From: Nitrospirota bacterium
GTDB lineage: Bacteria; Nitrospirota; UBA9217
Length of the DNA: 64,000 nt
Assembly (NCBI GenBank): GCA_963737155.1
Contig: CAVTRN010000002.1
Span: 2,304,001 to 2,368,000 of the forward strand
Direction: 5' to 3'
Made by a program: the position numbers and the translations under genes. Below are positions 10,160-20,399 of the stretch, piece by piece. Each line of letters begins with the position of its first letter. Position 1 is the first letter of the stretch. The notes under the pieces are model-generated. The model had not been told where the DNA came from, ran no database searches, and saw only the letters and a list, made by a program, of their open reading frames with translations.

Positions 10160-10383
10160 GCAATCAACATTCTCAAGATGTCTCTCCCAAGCGAATAAGT
10201 GTCTACTGAAGCCGTAACTGCTTGGCGCAGCCTACGAGCAACCGGTTTGTCTTTAGAAAAAACACGCCTGGAATGTCAGCAATAAACCGTGGACTTGGGA
10301 AATATCTCTGCCGCATCTGCAACTAGTATCAACAGTAGCTCTCTGGCTAACTAGACACTTATTCGGGGATACTCGGCTTCTGA
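10160..10383 (-). pseudogene. Eroded sequence, copy 1 of a degenerate duplication (paralogous to 20783-21005)
   Basis: Four collinear similarity blocks shared with 20783-21005; stop codons interrupt the frames. Confidence 0.5.
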
Positions 10384-10394
10384 ACGGCAAAATG

Positions 10395-10727
10395 TCATTT
10401 GAAGTTCTTAAGAATGTACTCTGCTATTTTGTGAGCATCGTGGTCCGACAGGGTCTTCTCGTCAAATTTGGTCATGCCTGGACCGGGGTTTCTCACAATG
10501 TGCATAATGTCGGCAGCGGTCATAACATGGTTCGCCTCGCGATCTTTTTTATGAAGCGTTTTCGCCGGGTTTATAATATTACCGCCATCAGGATGGCAAA
10601 CTTTGCAGTTTGCGGCGAATAACGCTGCACCTGACTGTGCAGCCGCGTTCTCAGCTACAGCATATGCAGCGCTCAAACAGATGACCACCAACGCAACAAA
10701 CCCGAGCAACACATTTTTCTTAACCAT
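10395..10727 (-). CDS. Class I monoheme cytochrome c (c6/c553-like)
   Basis: Signal peptide, CKVCH heme motif, GGNII and distal Met in GPGMTKF. Confidence 0.9.
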   Translation of the reverse strand: MVKKNVLLGFVALVVICLSAAYAVAENAAAQSGAALFAANCKVCHPDGGNIINPAKTLHKKDREANHVMTAADIMHIVRNPGPGMTKFDEKTLSDHDAHKIAEYILKNFK

Positions 10728-10772
10728 AGATTCTCCTTTTTAATGTAATTTTTTTTTGAAATACTCTCTGCT

Positions 10773-11114
10773 CTACTTTCCCGTTCCGTATTCCGCACTC
10801 AAGTACTCAGTGATAATTTTTGCGTCTTCTTCATTGATCGGCGCACCCATCACCTTGATCATTTTATTCACTTCCGCTGACCACGTAGCCCTCGGCAATG
10901 CCGGCTGCATGGTAATATATTCGAGGCTGTGGCAAATATTGCATAGTGAACTTACCTTGTCCAAGCCAGGTCCAGCCTTCAACTTCATTTCAAAGACCGG
11001 AAGCGTAATGGAGCGAACACTGCTCTTATCCTGATCGATCACACTCTGCCCTTGGGCATTACCCAAGAGCGATGTCAACACGACGATAATGGCTATTAAT
11101 AAGAGATTTTTCAT
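10773..11114 (-). CDS. sorB: SorB-like cytochrome c subunit of sulfite dehydrogenase
   Basis: CNICHSLEYITMQP and W..EV.KM....GAPI pattern; immediately downstream of the Mo subunit. Confidence 0.8.
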   Translation of the reverse strand: MKNLLLIAIIVVLTSLLGNAQGQSVIDQDKSSVRSITLPVFEMKLKAGPGLDKVSSLCNICHSLEYITMQPALPRATWSAEVNKMIKVMGAPINEEDAKIITEYLSAEYGTGK

Positions 11115-11124
11115 TTTCTGTCTC

Positions 11125-12330
11125 CTATCGCACGTTCACAGTGACTTTTTCGACAACGTTCCTCATGAACCCTGCGGGATTCCAGCGAGCCTCGAATCGC
11201 TGCGATTCGCCATTATTATCCGTAGCTCGAGCCATGAGTGTATACTTCCCCTTTTTCCGGGGATGCCACGGATAACTCCACTGGATCCAGGAATACTTGC
11301 CCATGTCTTTCCCCAGTTTCGTCTCATACCATGTCTTGCCGCTGTCAAATGATAGGAGCACATCCCTGATACCGTATCCTCCGGAAAAAGCGATTCCCTT
11401 CAAATCCACCATAGTGTTCACTTTGAGGGACGCACCCTCTTCCGGCTCGACGATGAACGACCTCGTATCCATACGGTTGATAGGCACTGATTTCGCTACG
11501 TTCCCTCCCGGCACAACGCAGGCGCAGGGGTTGTCAGGAATCCGATATGCCGTCTTAACCCAGAATCCCTCAAATGGCTCGGAAAGGACTGTTATATCGC
11601 TCAGGGCTTTTACCCAATAGGTAGCATACCAGCCAGGCACGATAAGACGGGCAGGGAAGCCGTTCAGCATAAGCAGAGACTCGCCGTTCATTTCGTAGGC
11701 GACCAGGATTTCCGCGTTAAGAGCTTTGTCAATAGAAATGCTTTTTATGAAATCTGGGACGGTAGGCAGGGGCGGTTTATCAAGTCCATTGAAGGACACA
11801 TCAACTGCGCCGGCTTTGATTCCGGCTGCGGCCAGAATGTCTTTGAGCCTGACCCCCGCCCAGGTCACATTTCCCATGGCTCCGTTCTGCCACTGACCAC
11901 CGGCCACAGGCGGTTCGAAATAGCTTCTGCTGTTCCCGGAACATTGAATAACTGCAGTTATCGTTACTTTTTCATATTTTGTTTTAAGATCATCCATAGA
12001 AAGCCGCAGCTCTTTATCCGTATGACCGCCCACCTTAAGTCTCCACTCTTCTAAATCCACAGACATGGGAATATCAGAAATATGCCACCTCACAAAGAGG
12101 GCATCGTTCGGCGTTATCAGCTTCCGGAAATACTGCATCGGTGTTTCCAATTGCGGAGGGCGAGATGTCAGAAGAATCATTTCCGTTTTCTCGGGAAACC
12201 GCACAAGGTTTTTTCTGTCCACGGCGGCCAGAAGTTCACCGGGAATTTCACCAAGCGACGTCATGCCGGCTACAATGCCGGCAGTCTTGAGAAAATCCCT
12301 TCGTGTGAATTTTACTTTTGGGTCTTCCAT
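11125..12330 (-). CDS. sorA: Sulfite oxidase-family molybdopterin enzyme (SorA-like), Tat-exported
   Basis: TRRDFLK Tat motif, FVRWH, Mo-ligand QCSGNSR, NGFPARLIVPGWYATYWVK, C-terminal dimerisation domain. Confidence 0.88.
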   Translation of the reverse strand: MEDPKVKFTRRDFLKTAGIVAGMTSLGEIPGELLAAVDRKNLVRFPEKTEMILLTSRPPQLETPMQYFRKLITPNDALFVRWHISDIPMSVDLEEWRLKVGGHTDKELRLSMDDLKTKYEKVTITAVIQCSGNSRSYFEPPVAGGQWQNGAMGNVTWAGVRLKDILAAAGIKAGAVDVSFNGLDKPPLPTVPDFIKSISIDKALNAEILVAYEMNGESLLMLNGFPARLIVPGWYATYWVKALSDITVLSEPFEGFWVKTAYRIPDNPCACVVPGGNVAKSVPINRMDTRSFIVEPEEGASLKVNTMVDLKGIAFSGGYGIRDVLLSFDSGKTWYETKLGKDMGKYSWIQWSYPWHPRKKGKYTLMARATDNNGESQRFEARWNPAGFMRNVVEKVTVNVR

Positions 12331-12519
12331 GGTGATATCCTCCTTGAAAAAAGATGGAGTGTCTACTTGATGCTAAACGCAAGATCCTCTTAAAGCAGAC
12401 ATTTATACCGCCCGGCGCGCATATCATATCAAGAAGAACCCGGAGAGTAACTCTCAGGGCGGTATGGGAGCAAATAAGGACCCGGAAGAGTGGAAACCGC
12501 ATGCAATTACTTATGATTG

Positions 12520-12547
12520 ATTATAGCTTAAATTTCTAAGATTTCAA
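12520..12547 (-). promoter_or_regulatory. Putative sigma70 promoter upstream of sorA
   Basis: Minus strand TTGAAA-16 nt-TATAAT, giving a leader of about 180 nt. Confidence 0.5.
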
Positions 12548-12672
12548 GATATCGTCAGATATTGCGACCTTAGAAACATCCCTGCTTATCGGCAAGGCAA
12601 CCCGACGTCAACAACAATAAAAACCGATTAAAAACAACAGAGCCATCAACCGAATAATGTTTACGAAAGAAC

Positions 12673-13539
12673 TCAACGATCATTTTCATCTATGCTCTTT
12701 GACTGGACGACAAGGTAGCCGGAAAAAAGAATCAGCACGCCGCCGGCTAGGGCAGTCAACGCCGGTTTTTCTGAGAGGAGCAGATAGGCCATTGGGATCG
12801 CCGACAGCGGTTCCATGTACCCCAGAATAGCGGCGCGCTGCGCCATCACCTTCCTTAGAGCATTGTAGTAGAGAAGCGGTGCAAGTGTGGAGTGCAACAA
12901 TCCCGTAATCGTCAGGAGGGCCAAGATGCGAAGGTTCAAGTGATACTCAATTAAAAACGCCGCTGGTGCAAGCACAACCGTCGTTAGCCAGGGGAGAACA
13001 ACAACCGCCTTGTGATGCATCAACATCCGGCTTAATTTTCTTGAAAAGAGGATGATGAAGGCGTAAGCCACTCCGGAGGCCGTGCCAGCAATAATACCGG
13101 ACCGATGAGGCCCGCCGGTACTCAGGCCCCCATTGGCAACAACAATCATAATCATCCCGAGCAGTGCGATGGGCAGTGAAAGGATGGTTACTTTTAACAG
13201 ACGTTCGGATATAACAAAGGGAGCGAGCAAAGCTACGAATAGGGGCGCTGTATAGTGAGTGAAAACAGCATTTGCCACTGTGGTATGACCTAATGCGTAA
13301 AAATAGGTGAGGTTATTCGTAATGGAAGAAAGCGCAAGTAAACCCAAGACCCATCGGACTTTTGAAACGCCTTCGAGACTCATTTCTCCCCGAATGGTGA
13401 GATACGCTGGCACTGATAAGCTGGCAATCAGGGACGTGTAAAATAAAACGATAACGGGAGGCAGGGCCAGCCAGCGGATCATCGGGCCCCATGTGCTCCA
13501 GATCAGCATTGCGGCAATGATTTTCAGGTAGTTGTTCAT
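12673..13539 (-). CDS. DMT/EamA family transporter
   Basis: About ten hydrophobic segments, duplicated EamA pattern (IWST, YTAPLFV, YMEPL). Confidence 0.9.
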   Translation of the reverse strand: MNNYLKIIAAMLIWSTWGPMIRWLALPPVIVLFYTSLIASLSVPAYLTIRGEMSLEGVSKVRWVLGLLALSSITNNLTYFYALGHTTVANAVFTHYTAPLFVALLAPFVISERLLKVTILSLPIALLGMIMIVVANGGLSTGGPHRSGIIAGTASGVAYAFIILFSRKLSRMLMHHKAVVVLPWLTTVVLAPAAFLIEYHLNLRILALLTITGLLHSTLAPLLYYNALRKVMAQRAAILGYMEPLSAIPMAYLLLSEKPALTALAGGVLILFSGYLVVQSKSIDENDR

Positions 13540-13671
13540 AAAAAAAGGGGCAAAGGTCATAGGTCATGGCCTAAAAACAAGACACTGGTCCGTGTCCCGC
13601 TTTACGCTTTCTTGACCCCAGCCCCTTAACCCCTGATCTTGCTGTTTATTCCAGTCCTCGTTCTTTCGCTT

Positions 13672-14937
<1,266 letters not shown>

Positions 14938-14962
14938 TTAGGTTGGCATTCGGTCTTCCGTC

Positions 14963-16120
14963 TTAAAGTCCAGCATCCTTCTTGAGGGTAGCAGCCTTGT
15001 CAGTCCGCTCCCAGGTGAACTCAGGCTCGGTTCTACCGAAGTGACCATAAGCCGCAGTTTTCTTGTAAATGGGTCTCCTCAGATCAAGCGTTGACATGAT
15101 CCCCTTGGGCGTCATGTCGAAGTTCTTTCTAATTATCTGGACAAGTTTTTCATAGGAAACCTTGCCGGTCCCGAAATCATCCACATGGATTGATACCGGT
15201 TCGGCGACGCCGATGGCGTAAGCGAGTTGGACTTCACATTCGCCAGCTATGCCTGCCGCCACAATATTCTTGGCAACATAGCGGGCCATATAAGATGCCG
15301 AACGATCAACTTTGGTCGGGTCCTTGCCTGAAAAACAACCGCCGCCGTGGCTTCCTACGCCGCCGTAAGTATCCACAATGATCTTGCGGCCGGTGAGGCC
15401 GGTGTCTCCCATGGGACCACCTGTCACGAACCTGCCTGTAGGATTGATGTGGTAGACGATCGTCTTTTCGTCGAGAAGATTTTTCGGGACCACCGGAAGG
15501 ATCACTTTCTCGACAATATCCCTGCGCAGATCCTTGAGGTCGATTTCGGGGCTGTGCTGGCTGGACACTACGATCGTATGGAGCTTGTAAGGTTTTCCGT
15601 CACGATATTCGATGGTCACCTGGGATTTTCCGTCAGGCCTAAGATAGGGTAAGATCTCTTCCTTTCTCACCTCCGAAAGCCGTCGCGTAATCTTGTGAGC
15701 AAGCATGATGGTCATGGGCATAAGTTCGGGAGTCTCATCACAAGCATACCCGAACATCAAACCCTGGTCCCCGGCGCCACCGGTGTCCACGCCCATGGCA
15801 ATGTCAGGAGACTGCGAGTGGACGGATGTGATAACCGCGCAGGTTTCCGCATCAAAACCATACTTGGCCCGAACGTATCCGATTTCCTTGATAGTCTGGC
15901 GGACGATATCCGGGATTTCGACATACCCCTTGGTTGTGATCTCACCTGCAACCATGGCAAGTCCGGTGGTGAGAAGCGTCTCGCAGGCAACGCGACTCAT
16001 AGGATCCACAGTCAATATCGCGTCAAGAACAGCGTCGGAAATCTGATCGGCTATTTTGTCTGGATGTCCCTCGGTAACCGATTCCGAGGTAAAAAGATAG
16101 TTCTTGGTGCAACTGCTCAT
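14963..16120 (-). CDS. metK: Methionine adenosyltransferase
   Basis: [43 protein letters not shown]. Confidence 0.98.
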   Translation of the reverse strand: MSSCTKNYLFTSESVTEGHPDKIADQISDAVLDAILTVDPMSRVACETLLTTGLAMVAGEITTKGYVEIPDIVRQTIKEIGYVRAKYGFDAETCAVITSVHSQSPDIAMGVDTGGAGDQGLMFGYACDETPELMPMTIMLAHKITRRLSEVRKEEILPYLRPDGKSQVTIEYRDGKPYKLHTIVVSSQHSPEIDLKDLRRDIVEKVILPVVPKNLLDEKTIVYHINPTGRFVTGGPMGDTGLTGRKIIVDTYGGVGSHGGGCFSGKDPTKVDRSASYMARYVAKNIVAAGIAGECEVQLAYAIGVAEPVSIHVDDFGTGKVSYEKLVQIIRKNFDMTPKGIMSTLDLRRPIYKKTAAYGHFGRTEPEFTWERTDKAATLKKDAGL

Positions 16121-16160
16121 CTGGTTTCCTCCTCGTTTTTAAGACCGTAAAAATTTGTTT

Positions 16161-16188
16161 TTTATAGCATAGATGCCGATTTTGTCAA
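16161..16188 (-). promoter_or_regulatory. Putative sigma70 promoter of metK-ahcY
   Basis: Minus strand TTGACA-16 nt-TATAAA. Confidence 0.55.
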
Positions 16189-16564
16189 GAGGAAAATATC
16201 ATTTTTACAAGAGATTCTGCGATACTGCATCGAAGCCGTAAGAGCCACAAGCAAGGTTGAAGAATACATTAACCGGGTTAACATTTCAACATGTTTTTTT
16301 GTATGCCGATACCAGTGTACCGATTTAAAGTTTACAGTTCACTGCCCATGAAGTTAATGACGCAGCCAGGACAATAAGGAAAATTGCCCCCGTTTTGATC
16401 GTATGGAGAGTCTGCAAATTGACGGAAATTCAATTTAAAATTTCTCGGTCATCCACCCAGGGATTTTAGAAGTGTAAAACTGATATGGTTGACAGTTGTC
16501 AATAGGGAAAATAGTCTCCTGCCCCTTTTTTTCAAAGGGTTCGTTGTTTCAATATGTTCCAAGG

Positions 16565-16735
16565 CGTAAGGAGGGACGGGGCCGACTTGTGCGACGTTTG
16601 ATCACTCTGATATTCGCGGGTTTGACCGCAAGACCTTTCTTCGCCGCGGAGCTGCCTCGCTCTATTAACGGAAGTTCGGCATTGCCTTATTCCATAGTTT
16701 GGACGAGGATTCTCCGTAAACGTGGCCGCGTCCCC
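16565..16735 (-). ncRNA. Putative bridge RNA/seekRNA of the IS1111-type element (boundaries approximate)
   Basis: Located downstream of the transposase inside the element; contains segments matching the reconstructed target (AATAG, AAACTAT) and donor junction (ATATCAGA, GTCT). Confidence 0.75.
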
Positions 16736-17009
16736 GCTTATGCCTTGGAGGTTGTTTATTGTTTGCTTGCGTCCTCCTTTGTTTTGCCTCAGTCGTTTGA
16801 GTCGCCATTGTTACCGGGTGACTTCAAGTTTTTGATCCTGTTCTTTGGAAAGCTCGATGCTTCCGCCTATGTTGACGATTTGAGCGGTTTTTACCTTTGA
16901 GGGTTGATTTTTTCTTTCATAAATGCCCCAGGATTGATTTTCCAGAGACAGTCCATGCCAAGATACCCCCTCAAGTTTTGTGTGACGCCTTGTTCTTGGG
17001 TTAATCTTC

Positions 17010-18122
17010 TTATGCGCTCTGGAGATTCACTTCCCGGGCAATTGCCCATATGAAGCCGCATAGTTCCCTGGCAATGGCGGTTACCACCTTGTTCCTGGGC
17101 TTCCCTTTGGCCGTGAGTTTACGGAACCGTCCGCAGAGACGCACCTGGGCTTTCCAGGAGATATCACAGATATTTTTCGGCAGCCCCTCCTGCCGCTTGA
17201 GGATTACCCGGCTCACTCGGGCCGGCAGACTGTAGGCTTGGGCCGCTTCAATCAATGCGCGCCTGACGTGGGTGTTTCCGGTTTTGGTGATAGCACCCCG
17301 TCTGGTGCTGTCGCCGCTGGAGTATTCGGAAGGGACCAATCCAAGGTATCCCATGAGCTGCTTGGGATTTTCAAAACGTCCCAAGTCTCCGATCTCGGCC
17401 ATGGTGGTCGCGGCAGTTACATCCGCGATGCCGCGTAACGATTGGATTGCGAGTGCAACAGGGGCCGTTCGGCATGTGGGCATAAGCGTTTGAATCTGCT
17501 CCGTAAGCCGGGCCACACGCTCTGCGCATTCCTTCACCGTGTTGATGTACTCTTGCAGCGTGATCTGCTGTGCAGGGTGTGGCATCTTGATATCAGACAA
17601 CCAGCGCATGTGGGCTTGGGTCCATGCGGTTTCTCCAGAGTAACGGTGTCCATGCCGCAGGAGCATCGCGCCTAACCTCTGCCGGGCAGTGCGATGGGCC
17701 TTGACTGCGTCTTCGCGGCATCGGGTCAGGTCTCTCATGGCTTCCTCATCCTCTTGGGGCACGTAAACAGGAGTCAGTTCTCCGGCCCGATACAGCCTGG
17801 CTAGACTTTGCGCGTCACGACGATCGGTCTTGACGCGATCTCCGCTTTTCTTGGGAATCAGCGATGGTGCCACAACCGTGCATTTGTAACCTCTCTTGGT
17901 TAGATGGCGGTATATTTCGTAACCACACGGCCCGGCTTCATAGACGAAGTGCAGTTCTGAGCCTTTGCTTTCAAGCTTTCTGACCATTTTGTCCAATGAC
18001 GCCATGTCGCCGCCGATTTTGCCGTAGTAGCGAACCTCTTGGCTGCCGCCAATTTCGGCCGTTGCTACAGCTATGGAGTTTTTTGCTGAATCGAGTCCTA
18101 CGATTGTGATAGAATCTTTCAT
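17010..18122 (-). CDS. IS110 family DEDD transposase/recombinase
   Basis: VGLD, YEAGPCG, KTDRRDA, catalytic-Ser region GLVPSEYSSG, ARELCGFIWA; ATG at 18122 after RBS AAGGAGG. Confidence 0.95.
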   Translation of the reverse strand: MKDSITIVGLDSAKNSIAVATAEIGGSQEVRYYGKIGGDMASLDKMVRKLESKGSELHFVYEAGPCGYEIYRHLTKRGYKCTVVAPSLIPKKSGDRVKTDRRDAQSLARLYRAGELTPVYVPQEDEEAMRDLTRCREDAVKAHRTARQRLGAMLLRHGHRYSGETAWTQAHMRWLSDIKMPHPAQQITLQEYINTVKECAERVARLTEQIQTLMPTCRTAPVALAIQSLRGIADVTAATTMAEIGDLGRFENPKQLMGYLGLVPSEYSSGDSTRRGAITKTGNTHVRRALIEAAQAYSLPARVSRVILKRQEGLPKNICDISWKAQVRLCGRFRKLTAKGKPRNKVVTAIARELCGFIWAIAREVNLQSA

Positions 18123-18378
18123 GACCTGCCTCCTTGTTTGTGGCTCTGTATTTGGACACCCATTGCATCCAAGTATAACCCACGGTGACAAGGGGCAGGT
18201 CACTTTTTCAACTGTCAACCATTATGTCTATTGCGGATCTCCAATATAAAAATCAACGAGGAAGGCGTAAATTATTATAGGGCTTTTGAGAACATGATTT
18301 TTTCTCGTTCTTCTTCAGGGGTGGAATACTGTTAATATTTATATTGTATAATATAATTTTATATGATATTACGTATTT

Positions 18379-18945
18379 ATGAAGCTAAGCGTATGGGCAA
18401 AGCAACAAGGTATAACCTATCAAGCGGCATGGAAATGGTGGAAGGCTGGCAAGCTGCCGGTTGAGGCTGAGCAGATGCCTACCGGAACCATCATTATAAA
18501 AGAGCAGAAAACTGCCCAAGGTTCTGTTGCTATTTATGCCCGGGTATCCAGTCATGACCAAAAGAAAGACCTGGACGGGCAGCTCGGGCGGCTTTCCGTA
18601 TATGCCGCTTCCAAAGGGTTGTCAGTTTCAAAAGCGGTGTCTGAGGTTGGATCTGGTCTTAATGGGCACAGGCCAAAACTCATGAAGCTGCTTGCCGACT
18701 CCAACGTCAGTATTATTGTCGCCTTGCATCGTGACCGGCTTATGCGGTTTGGATCTGAGTATGTAGAATCGGCACTTCGAGCTCAAGGTCGTCAACTTAT
18801 TATTGTAGACCAGACCGAGCTAAAGGACGATCTGGTGCAGGACATGATTGAAGTATTGACATCGTTTTGCGCAAGGCTCTACGGACGCCGGTCAGCGGCC
18901 AATAAAGCAAAAAAAGCTCTGGAGGCCATGGAGAATGGCAAGTAA
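18379..18945 (+). CDS. tnpA: IS607 serine recombinase TnpA
   Basis: N-terminal HTH MKLSVWAKQQGITY, catalytic YARVSS, RDRL, FCARLYGRR. Confidence 0.93.
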   Translation: MKLSVWAKQQGITYQAAWKWWKAGKLPVEAEQMPTGTIIIKEQKTAQGSVAIYARVSSHDQKKDLDGQLGRLSVYAASKGLSVSKAVSEVGSGLNGHRPKLMKLLADSNVSIIVALHRDRLMRFGSEYVESALRAQGRQLIIVDQTELKDDLVQDMIEVLTSFCARLYGRRSAANKAKKALEAMENGK

Positions 18946-20398
18946 TAAGGATAAAATGGGCAAGAGCGGCAAAAGTGAAGCACTTTCTTTTACCGCTCAA
19001 ACTTTGCTGATTGACATGTCTTACCTGGACACAAAGAAGTCTCTTTATCATGTTCTTGACGATATCGGCGACTCATACGGGCACATCAAACGCTCTCTCT
19101 TTAAAGACAGCGTTCGTTCCGGCAACAAACCCATTTCATTCAAAAATGAGTATCTTGTCAGGTATGGTATCACCGCCCGGCAGTTTAACGCTATCCGCTA
19201 CGATCTTGACGGCAATATCAGCTCCGCGGTTGAGGTATTAAAACTACGGATTGAAAAGCTCGAGCACAAAATAAAATCTGCGAGAAAATGGATTAGAACC
19301 AAAGAGAACAGTATCATTGACATACGCAAAGACACGGAATTGTCCGGACATGAGAAAACGACCAGCGTGAAGTCTCTCCGGTTTGCGGTCCACAACAAAA
19401 AACGGAAGCTCCATTCATCGGTGCAGAAACTGGAAAAGCTGAAGTACGATTTGGACAAAGGCCGAATCAGGATTTGCTTTGGGACAAAGAAACTTTTCCA
19501 CAAGCAGTTTAACCTTTCTGAAAACGATTATAAATCCCACAATAACTGGCTGTCTGCCTGGAAGGCTGCCCGAAGCTCTTCATCGTTTTGTCTGGGATCG
19601 AAGGATGAAACGGCCGGCAACCAGACCTGCACGCTTGGCGTCGACGGGTCGCTCAGGATACGGGTCCCAAACTATCTTGCCAAAAAATACGGTAAACACA
19701 TCATGGTGCCTACCGTAACATATCCTTACGGGCAGGAATATATTGAGCAGGCACTCCTGCGCGGCCAGGCAATCACCCACCGGTTTGTCCGTGGCGAGAA
19801 GGGTTGGTATCTGTATTCTTCATTTGATATCCCCCAAAGAGAAACAGTAACCGGGAAACCGCAAGAAATCGGATGTATTGGCGTAGATGCAAACGAAAAA
19901 GAGATTGCTGTTTCCGAGACTGACCGGTTCGGCAATCTTGTCTGGCACACAACGTATCCTGCATGTATAAAAGACAGAACCACGGAACAGACCAAGGCAA
20001 CTTACGGTGATATCTGCGTCGGCATTATCGACCGGTCAATTAAAACCGGGAAACCCGTCGCTCATGAAACTCTTGACTTCGAAAAGAAGAAAGCATCTCT
20101 TAAGGAACAGGGAGTAACGTATGCGCGGATGCTGTCCGGGTTCGCCTATTCCACCTTTTTAAACATGCTTGACCGCAGAGCATTTAAGGCAGGCGTCGGT
20201 GTGCTCTCCGTGAATCCTGCTTACACATCCGTTATCGGCAGAAACAATTATATGTCTCATTATGGCATTTCGCTGCATGAAGCAGCGGCGCTTGCTATTG
20301 CGAGAAGAGTTCAAGGATATTCCGAGTCTCCCATACCAGGCAGAACCGCCTCCCCTCTACCTGTAAGGAATCGAGAGGAGCACATCTGGAAGTTTTAG
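18935..20398 (+). CDS. tnpB: TnpB-related RuvC protein (possibly truncated by a TAG stop)
   Basis: RuvC-I IGVDAN, RuvC-II HETLDF, VNPAYTS, HEAAALAIARR; the frame stays open to 20623 after the TAG. Confidence 0.8.
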   Translation: MASNKDKMGKSGKSEALSFTAQTLLIDMSYLDTKKSLYHVLDDIGDSYGHIKRSLFKDSVRSGNKPISFKNEYLVRYGITARQFNAIRYDLDGNISSAVEVLKLRIEKLEHKIKSARKWIRTKENSIIDIRKDTELSGHEKTTSVKSLRFAVHNKKRKLHSSVQKLEKLKYDLDKGRIRICFGTKKLFHKQFNLSENDYKSHNNWLSAWKAARSSSSFCLGSKDETAGNQTCTLGVDGSLRIRVPNYLAKKYGKHIMVPTVTYPYGQEYIEQALLRGQAITHRFVRGEKGWYLYSSFDIPQRETVTGKPQEIGCIGVDANEKEIAVSETDRFGNLVWHTTYPACIKDRTTEQTKATYGDICVGIIDRSIKTGKPVAHETLDFEKKKASLKEQGVTYARMLSGFAYSTFLNMLDRRAFKAGVGVLSVNPAYTSVIGRNNYMSHYGISLHEAAALAIARRVQGYSESPIPGRTASPLPVRNREEHIWKF

Positions 20399-20399
20399 A

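Larger units (their letters stand above)
16480..18229 (-). mobile_element. IS110 family, IS1111-group insertion sequence (complete)
   Basis: Perfect 14-bp sub-terminal inverted repeats ATGGTTGACAGTTG (16485-16498 and 18209-18222), AG core at both ends on the minus strand, DEDD transposase and long 3' non-coding region. Confidence 0.9.

Noticed and set aside
16121-16200. SAM or SAH riboswitch before metK-ahcY
   Set aside because: The predicted promoter leaves only about 35 nt of leader and no aptamer motifs are visible.
16496-16900. 134-aa plus-strand ORF
   Set aside because: Antisense to the IS1111 non-coding end, with no recognisable protein features.
17010-18218. Extended transposase start at 18218
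   Set aside because: It lies in the inverted repeat; the strong RBS and the family N-terminus support ATG 18122.
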